Shown: positions 12,890 through 25,386 of the stretch, one piece after another
How positions within the stretch are numbered: position 1 is the first letter of the stretch
Layout: the number at the start of each line of letters is the position of its first letter
Source: Camelus dromedarius
Taxonomy: Eukaryota
DNA length: 64,000 bases
Reading direction: 5' to 3'
Assembly (NCBI RefSeq): GCF_036321535.1
Contig: NC_087447.1
Location: 32,428,001 to 32,492,000 of the forward strand
Position numbers and translations under genes: made by a program
Notes under the pieces: generated by a model
What the model saw: only the letters and a program-made list of their open reading frames with translations
The model's database searches: none
Told to the model about the DNA's origin: nothing

Positions 12890-13832
12890 AATTTGTATGA
12901 CTGGCTTGGATTTCTCCCTTAATCTCAAGAGTTACGTTTCCAAACTGCTTGTTCAGCATGTCCATTTGGATTTCTAATACTCATCTTAAATTTAAGATGT
13001 CCAATCTGAATTACATTTTTCTCCCCCCCAAACCGTTTTCCATTTGCAGCTTACCCCATCTCAGGAAATCATACTTCCAATTGTGAAAGACAAAATCTGT
13101 GCTGTCATTTTTGATTCTTTCTTCTTTTCATAATCCTGATGTGTCAGAAAATCCCATTGGTGCTACTTTCAATGTACAGTCAGAATTACTCCATTAGAAT
13201 CTATTGCTACAGAGTCCAAGCCAGCATCTTTTCTCCCCTGGATTTTTGCCCCCTGCTGGTGTCCTTGCCTCTGGCTTTGCCTTGTTAGTTTTCTTGAGCA
13301 GCCAGTCAGGTGATCCTAGTTAAACTCTGCAATGGCTCTCTGTTTTACTTGCAGTGAAAGCTAAGGCTGTTACACTGGCCTATAAGGCCCAACATAATCT
13401 GGTCTCCCATTACCTCTTTGATTTCATTTCTGATTAATTTTCTTTACTAACTTGGCAATAGCCACATTGACCTTTTTTTAATTCCTTAAACATGCTAGGA
13501 ACATTTCCACCTCTGGGGTCTTTGCACTATTGTCTCTACTTGGAATGTCCTGTCTCTGCTCATATGTCTGTGACTTACTTCATTACCTCCTTCACATCTT
13601 TGCTCAGATTGTTACCTTCTCAGTGATGCCTACCTCATCTACCCTGGTGTTCCTGATCCCCTTGTTCTGACTTTTATTTTTATGTTTATTATCTGTGTCC
13701 CCACCCCTCACTAGCATGACAGTTCTATGAGTTCAATGATTTATGTCTGTCTTTTGTATTGGTGTACCCCCAGCCCCTAAAACAGCACTTAGCATTGTGT
13801 AGGAACTCAATACATGTTTATGGATTGAATTC
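12890..13832 (+). mobile_element. L2 LINE 3' portion (L2a-like)
   Basis: 'atgtccatttggatttctaatactcatcttaaattt', 'ggcctataaggccc', 'tctttgcactattg...ttggaatgtcct', ending 'gtaggaactcaatacatgtttatggattgaat'. Confidence 0.85.
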
Positions 13833-14199
13833 AGTGATGTGCTTTCTCTTGTTTGTTGGAAATTTTCAGTACTAGGGACTTTTCTTCAATTCTTTGACCT
13901 GGGCAGTTTTCTGGGTGGGTGCTGTTGACTCCTTCTCACACTCTTAGGAATCCATTGCCCAGTAATTGTCCATTTCTCACTGCTGGGATGCCTCTATTTT
14001 TCTGTAGCCCAATTCATTAGGACCAAGATGTCCTCAAGTGACCCACATCAATCCATGAGAAACATTTGTTTCTTGTCCCACAAATTGGAAATGCAGGTTA
14101 AAGTCATCTTTATCCTATGAATATAGCCTGCTTTGTATTCCCACATATGAGTCAGACTGAACTAGTCAGAGTTGTCCAGAGGAACGAAACAAGTAGAAT

Positions 14200-15665
14200 G
14201 TTTAAACTAATCTCTGCAATTACTCTAAAAATGTAGTACTGCTTTTGGTTTACTATTTTCCCAGACAGAGACAGTCCTACCTAAGCAGAGGATTCTACTT
14301 GGCCTTTCCTATCATAGTAGCATAAGCTCCACAGGGAAAGGAATCTATGTATGTGAGGATTCTGATTCTGTCAGTTGCTGAGTATGTCTGTTCCAATTGT
14401 GCATTCCAAAACCGGGGGAATAACCACAGGATGGGCTTGGAGACTGCATTATGAGGGTCATCTAGAGAAACAGAACGAAAAGGATATATATATGTATGTG
14501 TATACACAGACACACACAAACACATACATACACACATATATCTATTTTAAATATATCTATTTTAAATATATCTAAATTTTTAAAAATATATATTTATTTT
14601 AAGGAATTGGCTCACATGATTGTGGAAGCTTAGTGAGTCTAAAATATCACGGGGGTGGCTGGCAAGCTGGAGACTTAGGTAAGAGCTATATTCAAGTATA
14701 AAGGCAGTCTGCTGGCAAACTAGGAGGAGCTGCTGTTGCAGATGAAGTCTGGTGGCAGTCTGCTGGCAGAATTCCCTCGTGCTGGAGGAGGTCAGTCTTT
14801 TGTTCTATGCAGGCCTTCAACTGATTTATGAGGACCACTCATATTATTATAAAGGGTAATCTGCTTTACTCAAAGTCCACTAATTTAAATGTAAGTCTCA
14901 TCCAAAAACATCCTCACAGAAACATCTAGACTAATATTTGACCATATATCAAGGCACAATGGCCCAGCCAAGCTGACACATAAAATTAATCATCACAGTG
15001 ATCCACTGGGACATACTGAGAGATGGACCGGAGCTAAAACTCCACTGATCACCTGAACACCGTAAGCTCCTACTCTGACTAATGAATCAGAGCAACTTTT
15101 TGGGTCTCCTTGAGTTAGTGTTTGTTCAGAGCCAAGGTTCAGTAACCCCTGAAACTTCTGATAGTTTCCTTTTCCCTAGTGTGTAGTCACCTTGGTAAAA
15201 GACCTTTCCCTTGGAAAAAGCTATGAGAAAGATTAATAGTATAAACTTTGACGGCATAGCTGGGTTCTTCCTCAAGGGGACCTGGTCTCACTTCCTTTAA
15301 AGGTGTTCTCGATCTGTAAACTTACCCAAGTCTGAGGATTGTTCAGATCTGTTTATATGATTCAAGTTAGACTTTTGACCTTGAACTCTTCCACTTACGG
15401 AAATCAAGTAAGAACTGAGTAGACTGTTCATATATTTCACTTCTAACTAACGTCATAGATCTCTGTAAGTCAAACTATTCTGATTGCTGCTTTAAATCTG
15501 CTGTCTATTAAAGTAACCACATCCATCTTGCCTTTGGCAGTCAAATGTCTCCATTTGATACCTGGCACACTGGGATACAATTATCTTCATCATGTTTAAG
15601 TTTCCAAATTCAAAAACTTATTTTTGAGATTCTAGTCCTCCAGAGCCACTCTGGGTACCAAAATC
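14200..15665 (-). mobile_element. ERVL internal fragment (PBS, gag/protease/start of pol), decayed and internally deleted
   Basis: Minus strand reads 'CCCATCCTGTGGTTATTCCCCCGGTTTTGGAATGCACAATTGGAACAGACATACTCAGCAACTG', 'ATGATAGGAAAGGCCAAG' (MIGKAK) and 'AAAATAGTAAACCAAAAGCAGTAC', matching recalled ERVL pro/pol. It begins 'GATTTTGGTACC' immediately after an LTR, as ERVL does. Confidence 0.85.
14445..14997 (-). mobile_element. MLT2 (ERVL) solo LTR nested in the ERVL internal region
   Basis: Plus strand starts 'tgcattatgagggtcatctagagaaacagaac' and ends 'gacacataaaattaatcatcaca', the reverse complement of MLT2 termini. It has the typical internal TA/CA tract. Confidence 0.9.
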
Positions 15666-15796
15666 TGTATTAGTCAATGTTCTTCAGAGAAGCAGAACCA
15701 ATGGGATATAGGTACAGACATAACTGGGTACCAAAATCTGTATTAGTCAATGTTCTCCAGAGAAACAGAACCAATGGGATATAGGTACAGACATAA
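15651..15796. repeat. 73-bp tandem duplication (2 copies)
   Basis: 15651-15723 and 15724-15796 both read 'ctgggtaccaaaatctgtattagtcaatgttct..agagaa.cagaaccaatgggatataggtacagacataa' with 2 mismatches. Confidence 0.95.
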
Positions 15797-16211
15797 ATAA
15801 AGGTATAGGTATAGATATATGGACGCAAAGAGGATGAGAGGGATTTTAAGGAATTGATTCACAAAATTGTGGTGCTGAGCAAGTCCTAAATCCATAGGGC
15901 AAGCTGACAAACTGGAGATTCATGTAAGAGTTGATGTTCTGGCCTTGAGTCTGAAGGTTGGAAACTCAGGCAGAATTTCTATGTTGCAGTCTAAAGGCAG
16001 AATTCTTTCTTTGGGAAGCTTCAGTCTTTGCTGTTAACTTCAGCTGATTGGCTGAGACTCACCCACATTATGGAGAGTAATTTGCTTTCCTCAAAATCTA
16101 CTGATTTAAATATTAAAAAAAAAAACCCAACACCTTCACAGCAAAATCTAGACTATATTTGACCAAATAAGTGGGCCCCATAGCCTAGCCAAGTTGACAA
16201 ATAAAATTACA
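15739..16211 (-). mobile_element. MLT2 LTR (5' LTR of the ERVL remnant)
   Basis: 'tgtattagtcaatgttctccagagaaacagaaccaat' ... 'cctagccaagttgacaaataaaatta'; abuts the PBS-like sequence. Confidence 0.9.
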
Positions 16212-17706
16212 TAGACCTAATCATTTGAAGAAATTTAAGAAATACATTTTTGGTTCTCTGAGTGGTACCAGGGAAGTTCCTTTAAGTAGACCTGAGGCAG
16301 AGTGAGTATCATTTTATTTTCCTTTCTTGTTTGTGGATTGGGAACTCACAGCATGCAAGAGTCTTCTTCAGAAATGTGTCTTCACAAATCCTCTCTTTCT
16401 TTCTGATAGGGTTTCCCTTAATCACTTTTACTGAGGTATAATTTACATATGATACAATTGCCTAATTTAGTATACAATCTATTGAGTTTTGACAAATATA
16501 TAGAGTCAAACTTCTGTGATCTTGGGTAAGCTGCTTGAAATGAATTTTCCTTTTGAAAATAATTATCTTCAAAGGGCAAAGTAAAATCTAAATTCCTTAT
16601 ATAGTTGTGGAAATTCAATGAGATACGGCCATAAATCACCTAGTGTAAGACCTGGCACATACTAAGATCTTGATTAATGTTGGTTCCCCATTTGTCCTCC
16701 TACTGATGGCAGAGGCTAGGTTTCATTTATTTTAATATGCACAAGCAACTCCTATGGGGCAAAGCACATGGAAGACACTGAGTAAATATTTGTGGAATGA
16801 ACCAGTACGTCAAGCGCTATAAACACACAGAAGAGAAAGCAATTAATTATAAATTCATTAAGATCATCATATTTCCTTTTCATCATCTCTGTACTTACCA
16901 AGCAACTTTCTCATATTAATTCAAGTCCCAAGAAATCTTGCCTACCTACGAGAAAAGCAATACACTATCCACTTGACTTGAGAATTTTGGGTCCATGAGG
17001 CAATAATGTGTCTCATTATAAATCAAGAAATTAGATTTCAAGCTGCTAATCAATATCTAGTGAGTTTGATTCACATTAATTAGTCCCCTAGAATCTAATC
17101 AACCTCAAATAAATGAATAGGAGAGAACATTCAACATTGTGAAGAAAAGGATCAGGTGTTTGGGCCCATGGAGACTTTGCAAGGAGCCACATGAGATACC
17201 AGCAGCCTTCCTACTGAGAAATCGGTAAGTCTGAGTTGAGCAGTGTGTTTACAGAAGATACCAGGGATGAGCCTACCTTTTCTCTTTCCATTTGCTTTAA
17301 TATTGTGCTTATTTCTTTGGAGGATAAATTGCTACCAAATTAAATATAAACTCTTAAAAACAATCCAGGGCCCTGGCACACTCTGGTTCTGTCAGTTCTT
17401 CACTGCGTTATCTTCCACTAGAATCCCTCTGTTCACTTCAGCTCTAACAGACTGCTTCTTGCTCCCTCCTGCCTCTACCCTTGCTCAGCCCTGAAATGCC
17501 TTCTTTTCATCTTTACCTAAGTAACCTAGTAAGTTAAAAATGTTCAAGTCCTGGTTCAAGTATGCTTCCTCCCTAGAACCAACCTTGATGAAGCTGGTTG
17601 TTACACTCTGTTTTCTTTATTTTAACAAATCTCTGAACCTTTCAGCCGCTTATGTATGGCACTTTATATGCAGGTAACTTGTGAACTCAGTATGGCCGAA
17701 ACCCAG

Positions 17707-18075
17707 TGGTGGTAATCAGCCTTCTGGATGGCTCCTAAATGTCTTCGCCTTCTGTTATTCATCTGTTTGAATAGTTTTCTCCTCGACTGAATTAAGACTG
17801 ACCCTGTGTGACCTACAGAATATAGCAGAAGCAATGGTGTGCTTTCCAGGGTTAGTTGTTTAGGTTGGGAAGAGCATTGCAACCTTGGCCTTGGGCTCCT
17901 GGGTAGCTTCCTCGGAGGGAAGCCAGGTACCATGCCATGACAGCCCTGTGGAAAGAAATTGAGACCCTCCTATCTCCAGTCAGCACAAACCAGTCAGCCA
18001 TGTGAGTAAGCCACCTTAGAAAGAGATTCTCCGTTTCAGTCAAGTCATAGGATGTCTGTAACACCAGACAGCATG
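17707..18075 (+). mobile_element. MaLR LTR fragment (MLT1E/F-like)
   Basis: 'gatggctcctaaatg', 'ctgtgtgacctacagaatatagcagaag', 'gggaagccaggtaccatg', 'cagccatgtgagtaagccaccttagaa'. Confidence 0.75.
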
Positions 18076-18759
18076 TATAGGCAGTTACCCAAAGAGCCAG
18101 ATGGCTCCCTGTGCTCCCACTTCACCCCCAGCCATTAGTGGCAAACTAACTTTGGACAGCCTCACGTGCTCTCTTTCTGTATGGCAGCCCTAGGACTAAG
18201 TAACTTGGGAAATCACGCGCTCAGCACTGAATATGCTGGACTCTGTGTCTCATCCCAAGGAATTTACATTCCAGTATTTCCTGGCTCAAATAAGTTGTAA
18301 ATCAGTCAACTAACAGTGAGAGAGGGGAGTGTGAGGGTGAAAGGAAGGGGTCACAGCTGTAGTCTGTTCAGTACACTTCAGTCCAGGAAAGATCTGTGAA
18401 TGTTAAAACTGAATCATTTAACCATCCTTGGAGCCAGATGTTGGGGTGGACTCCCACAAAAGGAACTCTCATGATAGGGAGAGGTGGTATTCCAAAGAAC
18501 AATTGGAATGCTATATCTGAAGAATGGATGTTGAACAGGCAAAATTATAGGCATCAACTACAAACACTTATAAACTGGAATAATCTCCCCAAAGCCCTAT
18601 GTCGATCATATTTCTCAGAACGTTAAGACCATTGGGTGTCTTTAAATTTTTTATTGTATATTTCTTTGAAAGCTGCAAAAAGTAACATGTTCTCACATCA
18701 ACCAGTAAAATATTACAAAAATTATGATCATTAGATATGTTATATTGGTTAATTCATAA

Positions 18760-19620
18760 GACATGAATTGAGTACTTCCTATGTACTCTGACATGATGTT
18801 AGGTGCTACAAATTCAACAGTGAACAAGAGAAGCTCAGTTGGTCCCTGCCCTCCTACGATGTTCAGTCTAGTGTTAAAAAAAAAAACCCCAGAACATTGA
18901 AGAAGTAATTGTATGACTAATACCTTAAATATAATGTTGAGTGCTATCAAGGACAAATGCAAGACTCTGTGAAAGCATATAGCATTGTCTGGTGCTTAAT
19001 AAATAAACATTTAGGTTCAGATAACAGAGTTGGTGTTTAAGCCCTCAGGTCAAATCCTGGTGTTGTTGCTGAATAATTGAGTGACTTTGAATTAAACACC
19101 TAACTTCTCCAAGTCCTACCTCCCTCACAAAATTATTTTTATGAAGATTAAGTAAGATATTGCAAGTATTGTGCTTAGTTCACTGCATAGCCCACAGTAA
19201 ATGCTCAATACTTGTTTGCTGCTTTTATCATTTTGCACATGGGATTTAGCACAGTGCAGTGGATAAGCAAATATTCAAAGCTGTGTGCCAAATGACTAGG
19301 ATCCCTCTCAGCACATATCTGCATGACTCTCCCTCACTTTCTTTTGGTGTTTAGTCCAACATCTTCATCTCATTCTGTTTAAACGGAAACCCCTGCCTTG
19401 ATCTTACACTTTCTATTGCCTTACCTGTTTTTTTATTGTTATTCTCCATACACTTTTCACCATCTGATATACTATATATTTTGCTTATTTATTTATGGTC
19501 TGTTTCCCCATTAAAATATAAGCTTTGTGCAATTATAGATTTTTGTCTGTTTTGTTCATTGGTATTTCTGTAGAACTGCAAACAATACCTAATAAATAGT
19601 AGGCACTGAATATAAACTGA
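18760..19620. mobile_element. L2 and MIR fragments
   Basis: Antisense L2 tail 'ttgagtacttcctatgtactctgacatgatgttaggtgct', MIR at ~19020-19220, and a sense L2 tail ending 'agtaggcactgaatata'. Confidence 0.65.
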
Positions 19621-20399
19621 GCATAGCAATTGAATTTATTGATCACTTTTGGTATGCCAGGTACTGTTTTAGTGTTTTACTTGTATTCTTGCATTAAAAA
19701 TGGATTTCAAGATATTAAAAAGTGTCTTACACACACACACAGGCTCAATATGAGTTTTGCTCTTGGATATATGATCGGTGTACATGCTCAGCAGTCCTGC
19801 CAAACTTCCCATCTCTTGCTGGATCTCCCTTGTTGAAGTTCCATGGGTTCTTCAGTCCTACCTCTAGAACGTAGTCTCTACCCCTTATAAGTAAAATGTT
19901 TACTTATATAATATGCTGTTCTATGTTTGCTGAGCTATTTATTCTTATGCTTGGGAGAGGAGGAAGAATAAGATTCTGAGGGCACATGTACCCTTATGTG
20001 TACTTGTCAACTTAGCCCACCTGACCCCTACCCCGTGGAGAAAGTACACACCTTTTCTTCAGTAAATTTTTACTTTGCTCCCTCATGGGCACAAACATCT
20101 TTAACTTTTAAATTCATACTTCATCCACAGAAAAACTTCCTCAACGTGCACACGTATTACCCCTTCTTCTCACACATTCTATTGAATCTGAAATTAATGT
20201 TTACCCAATTGGGTTTCCAAAGTTTTAAGCAAAATACAATTCTCTGTCATTATCTTCTGAATTATCCTGGGCTTCAAATCTCTCTAGTTTACTATTTAAA
20301 AATTATCGCTCTACTAGATAAAAAATAGAAGTTATGTATGTATACAATTAAACTTTTGCCTCTCAGTTGTACTCAGTAGACATAAGTTTTAACAGGTTT

Positions 20400-21050
20400 G
20401 TGTGTGTGTGTGCATGAATATTGTCAGGAATTTTCTGAATGTACACAAACATAGGAATATGTGCATATCTGAGTATTTATATTTACACAAATGGGGTCAA
20501 ACTACTTTGCAACTGCCTTTTTAACTTTATAACTCAGACATCTTTCTGTGTTGGTTTATATACATCTATCTTATTAAAGTAAGTTTTTAGGTTTCAGGGG
20601 GATCTAAGATGTACTGAGATGAGTCAATCATACTCTTCAGTTTGAGACCTTTAATTAACACCCATCTTTTCTTGTTTTACCTTGTTTTGACCTTTGTAAT
20701 TGATTCACATTTTCACTTCTTACTCTGATCCCTCATCCATCCTTGCATCTACTCTAATGTTTTGTATATATGCCCTTTGATATGTGTGTCTCATGAAAAT
20801 CCATGCAATGTTGTTATGAATGTCCATAAGCATATGTACAATACTTTATGTATGTATGTGTTTTAATTTACATGAATAATATACTTTTTATTTCTTTAAA
20901 TCAATTCTATGCTTTAAGATCTCTCTGTGTTGCTGTATGTAACTCTAATTCATTGTTTTTGACAGCTGCTTAGTATTCTAAAAACTACATTTTATTAAAT
21001 AAAGGAAAAACCTGCCCAGTATTACTTTAATTTCTCACTTAATGTCATTT
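20400..21050 (-). mobile_element. Old L1 (L1ME-like) 3' fragments
   Basis: 'tttacacaaatggggtcaaactactttgcaactg' and 'tttaagatctctctgtgttgctgtatgtaactctaattcattgtttttgacagctg' resemble antisense L1ME 3' sequence. Confidence 0.55.
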
Positions 21051-21224
21051 GTTTTATTCTATAAGGCTTTAGTATTAAGGAAACAAGAGCAAAGCAGGAG
21101 AGAGGTGATGTTAGCTCAGAGGAAACAGACATCAAGTGCGTGCCACAGTCTTTGGAACTGCCATACTACAGGAAGTTCTGCCTTAAGTCCAAAATAAAAT
21201 TTAACAAATCAAAAATTCCTCAGA

Positions 21225-23423
21225 AAGATCGGCCAAGATGGTGAGGTAGAAAGACCCTGCTCTCACGAGCAGACCAAATCACAACAATCTGCAGAACAAC
21301 CATTGATGAAAAAGACTAAGATCTACCAGAAAAGACCTTCTACTACTAAAGACATAAAGAAAGAACCACAACAAGATAAGTAGGCATGCTGGACTCACAA
21401 TATAATCAAGTCCCATACCTGTGGGTGGGCAGCCCACAAACTGGAGAATAATTGTATTGAAGAAGTTCTCCCAGAGGAGTGAGAATTCTGAGCCTCACAT
21501 TGGACTCTCAAGCCTAGAAAACCTTCATTGGGAAAACAAGCCACCAGAGCATTTGCCTTTGAAGGCTGAGGGGGCTTGATTTGGGGAACCCCACAGGAAT
21601 GGCACTTCCAAATGCATTCTGAGGCCACCATCACCCTGATACCAAAACCAAAGACATCCCCTCAAAAAAGAGGAAATTAAGACAAATATCAGTGATGAAA
21701 GTAGATGCAAAAAACATCAAGAAAACAGTCGCAAACTGAATCCAGTAAGTCAAAAGGATCATACAAGATGATCAAGTGGGATTTATCCCAGGGATGCAAG
21801 GAATTTTCCAGATCCACAAGTCAGTCTGTATGACACACCATGTCATCTATTTGAAGAATGAAAACCATAGGATCATCTCAATAGATGCAGGAAAAGCCTT
21901 TGATAAAATCCAACATCCATTTATGGGAAAACAGATCCAGAAAGTGAGCTCATAGAAGACATACCTCAATTTAATAAAGACCATATATGACAAACCCACA
22001 GCCATCTTCATACTCAACAGTGAAAAGCTGAAAGCATTTTTGCTCTAAGATCAGGAATAAGATAAGGATGCCCAGTCCCTATGCTTTTATTCAATATAGT
22101 TTTGGAAGTCTTAGCCACAGCAATCAAAGAAAAATAATAAGAGGAATCCAAATTGGAAATGAAGAAGTAAAACTGTCACTGTTTGTCTGTGACATGATAC
22201 TATACATAGAAAACATAAAGTACCCCAAACTTCTAGAGTTCATCAATGAATTTGGTAAAATTTCAGGATACAAAATTAATATACAGAAATTGGGTGCATT
22301 TCTATACAGTAACAACAATCAGAAAGAGAAATTAAGGAAACAATCCCATTTACCATCACACACCAAAAAGAATAAAATGCTTAGGAATAAACCTACCTAG
22401 GGAGGCAAAAGTGCCTTACTCAGAAAACTATAAGATGCCGATAACAGAAATTGAAGACAACACAAACAAATGGAAAGATGTACCATGTTCTTGGGTTGGA
22501 AGAATCAATATTGCTAAAATGACCATACTACCCAAGGCAATCTACAGATTCAGTGCAAGCCCTATCAAAATACCAATGGCATTTTTCACATAACTAGAAC
22601 AGATACTTTTAAAATTAGTATGGAAACTCAAAAGACCCTGAAAAGCCAAACAATCTTGAGAAAGAAGAACAGAGCTGGAGGAATCATGCTCCCTGACTTC
22701 AAACTATACTACGGATCCACAATAATCAAAACAGTGTGGTATTGTCACAAAACAGACACATAGATCAATGGAAAAGAATAGAGAGCCCAGAAATAAACCT
22801 ACAAACTTATGGTTAATTAATATATGACAAAAACAAGAATATACAATGGAGAAAAGACACTCTCTTCAATAAGGGGTACTGGGAAAACGGGGCAGTGACG
22901 TGTAAAAGAATGAAAGTGGAACATTAACAAACACTATATACAAAAATAAACTCAAAATGGGATAAAGACCTAACTGTAAAACTGGATAGTATAAAACTTC
23001 CAGAGGGAAACATAGGGAAACTTTGACATAAATCTCAGCAATAAGTTTTTAGTCTCCTGAAGTAAAGGAAGTAAAAGCAAAAATAAACCAATAGAAATGC
23101 ACTGCAAAGGAAACCATTGACAAAACAAACCTTGTAGATGAGAGAAAATATTTGCAAATGATATGATCAATAAAGGACTAATATCCAACATACATAAGCA
23201 GCTCATGCAATTCAACATCAAAGAAAAAACCAAATAACCTAATTAAAAATAGGTAGAAGAACTGAATAGACATTTTTTCAAAGAGGACATTTAAATGGCC
23301 AACAGCCACCTGAAAAGATGCTCAACATTGCTGATCATCAGGGAAATTCGAATCAAAACCACAATGAAGTATCATCTCACACCAGTCAGAATGGCTATCA
23401 CCAAAGAGAATGTAAATAGCAAA
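21225..23423 (+). mobile_element. Lineage-specific LINE-1: 5'UTR joined to ORF2 RT and C-terminal region, frameshifted and 3'-truncated
   Basis: 5'UTR start 'caagatggtgaggtagaaagacc'. ORF2p peptides: [34 protein letters not shown] (FADD motif mutated), [57 protein letters not shown]. Confidence 0.95.
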
Positions 23424-24242
23424 TGTCATCCCATTATCTTCTGGCCTCTGTGGTTTCTGCTGAGAAATCAGCTCTTACTCTTTTTGAGGATAGCTTGTAC
23501 GTGATGACGCACTTCTCTCTTGTGGCTTTCAAGATTTTATCTTTCAGTAGCTTGTTTGTAAGGTGCCTACATACAGACCTCTATAACTTTATCCTACTTG
23601 ACATTTATGGAGCTTCTTAGATGTGTAGATTAATGCATTTCATTAGATGTGGAAAGTTTTTGGCTTTTATTTCTTCAAGTATACTTCCTTCCCCTTTCTT
23701 CTCTTTCTCTCATTGTTCATGTATTAGTACATTTGAATTTTGTCCTACAAGTCTCTAGGGTTTATTTTTCTTCATCCTTTTTGTTTTACTGTTTTTCTTC
23801 TTTTCCTGTTGCTTGTATTGGATGATCATTATTAACCTGTCTTCAAGATCTTGATTTTTTTTTTCTTCTGTGTACTTAAATTGCTATTGGGCCCCTACTG
23901 TGAATTTTTCCTTTCAGTTATTATACTTTTCAAGTCCAGATTTTTTGTTTTATTACTTTCTATGACTGTCTCTTTAGATACATTATGTATTTAGTGAGAC
24001 ATCACTTCATACTTTCCTTTAGTTCTTTAGACATGGTTTCCTTTAACTCTTAGAACATAATATAAAGGCCAATATAAGGTATTTGTTTAATATGTCCAAT
24101 GTCTGTGCTTTCTCAGGGACAGTTTCTATTATTGGATTTTTTTTTTCCTGTGAATGGACCCTACTTTCTTGTTTCTTTGCATGTTCCAAACTTTGTTTTG
24201 AAACCTGGGCTTTTAAAATCGTATAATGTGATTACTCTGAAA

Positions 24243-24243
<1 letters not shown>
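23424..24243 (-). mobile_element. Older L1M fragment (ORF1/5' region), antisense
   Basis: 'ttctggcctctgtggtttctgctgagaaatcagct', 'ctctcttgtggctttcaagattttatcttt', 'ggaaagtttttggcttttatttcttcaagtat' are antisense L1 ORF1 (KILKATRE, EEI..KNF). Confidence 0.85.

Positions 24244-24244
<1 letters not shown>

Positions 24245-24294
<50 letters not shown>
24245..24294. repeat. (AC)~25 microsatellite
   Basis: Uninterrupted dinucleotide run. Confidence 0.97.
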
Positions 24295-24296
<2 letters not shown>

Positions 24297-24349
24297 ATAT
24301 AGTTTGCTTATTTGTTCTTGCTTGTGTCCCATTTGCAAGTAGTTTTTGA

Positions 24350-24829
24350 CATTCAATCTTTCGACTTAGGATTTTTTGACTTTATGATAGTGTGAAAATG
24401 ATATACATTCAGTAGAAAGCGTACTTGAAATTTTGAATTTTGATCTTTTCCTCAGCTAATGATATGCAATATAATGCTCTCTTGTGATGCTGGTCAGTGA
24501 CAGTGAGACACAGCTCTCAGCCATGCAATCATAATGGTAAATAATCACAATCATTCTGTATCCATACAACCACTTTATTTTTCACTTTCAGTACAGCATT
24601 CAGTCAACTACAGGGGATATTAAGCACTTTATTAGAAAATAGGCCTTGTATTAGATGATTTTGCATAACTGTAGGCTAATGCAAGTGTTCTGAGCACAAT
24701 TAAGGTAGGCTAGGCTAAGCTAGGATGTTGGGTAGCTTAGGTGTATTAAAAACATTTTCAACTTACAATATTTTCTACTTACAATGGGTTTATTGGGATG
24801 TATCCCCATTGTAAGTCAAGGAAAATCTG
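24350..24829 (-). mobile_element. TcMar-Tigger element (MER47/Tigger5-like)
   Basis: 'aaggtaggctaggctaagct', 'acttacaatgggtttattgggatgtatccccattgtaagtcaaggaaaatctg' followed by TA; reverse complement of the MER47 terminus. Confidence 0.85.
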
Positions 24830-24834
24830 TATAT

Positions 24835-25386
24835 TGTAGAGAAACAAAATTTACCACCCCAAAATGTCTCTTCAGCATATGGACTATTTGCTAAAAACAA
24901 TCAAGGCCCAAAAGGCTCAGGAAGAAATTCTGACCTTCCCCCTTGTCTACCTAGAATTTAGATGGAGGATCTGTTCCAGGAATAGAGCTATCTCTATAGG
25001 TAACTATAGTATGAACTAATGTAGTCGACACGGTGGAACCTCAAAAATCTATTAAAATTGGTCTGTGTCCCAGTGTCTCTGCATGGCCCAGCAAATATTT
25101 ATTTACAAAACGTTTGCTTTTCCATTTCTCTGTGAATCACCTTCCCTGCTTTGAAGTCTTAAACCCATACCCTCAGCATCCTCTTTTGTCTTTAGCTGAA
25201 GACATTATTTAAAGTGAGGGTTTCAGCCATTTTGGCTGGTTACTCAGTTCTCCTGGATCTTTCCCCTGCATGCATAGTATTAAACTTCGTTTGCTTTTCT
25301 CTTGTTAACCTGTCTGATGTCAATTTAATTCTTAGGCCAACCAGGAGAACTTAAAAGGGTATAGAAATATTTCTTTCTCCCCAACA
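24835..25386 (+). mobile_element. ERV1 solo LTR (MER34/MER39-like)
   Basis: TG...CA ends ('tgtagagaaac'...'ctccccaaca'), 'tttgcttttctcttgttaacctgtct' U5 motif, flanks ATAT/GTAT (degenerate 4-bp TSD). Confidence 0.75.

Noticed and set aside
15651..15796. Direct repeats as a CRISPR-like array
   Set aside because: Only two adjacent copies with no spacers, inside a mammalian ERVL junction.
14445..16211. Two MLT2 LTRs as the paired LTRs of one mini-provirus
   Set aside because: ERVL internal sequence continues on both sides of the left LTR and there is no PPT, so it is a nested insertion.
22068..23504. ORFs 22068-22400, 22411-22593 and 23295-23504 with reverse-transcriptase-like peptides as a functional RT gene
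   Set aside because: These are fragments of L1 ORF2p with many frameshifts and stops; the catalytic FADD motif reads FVCD.
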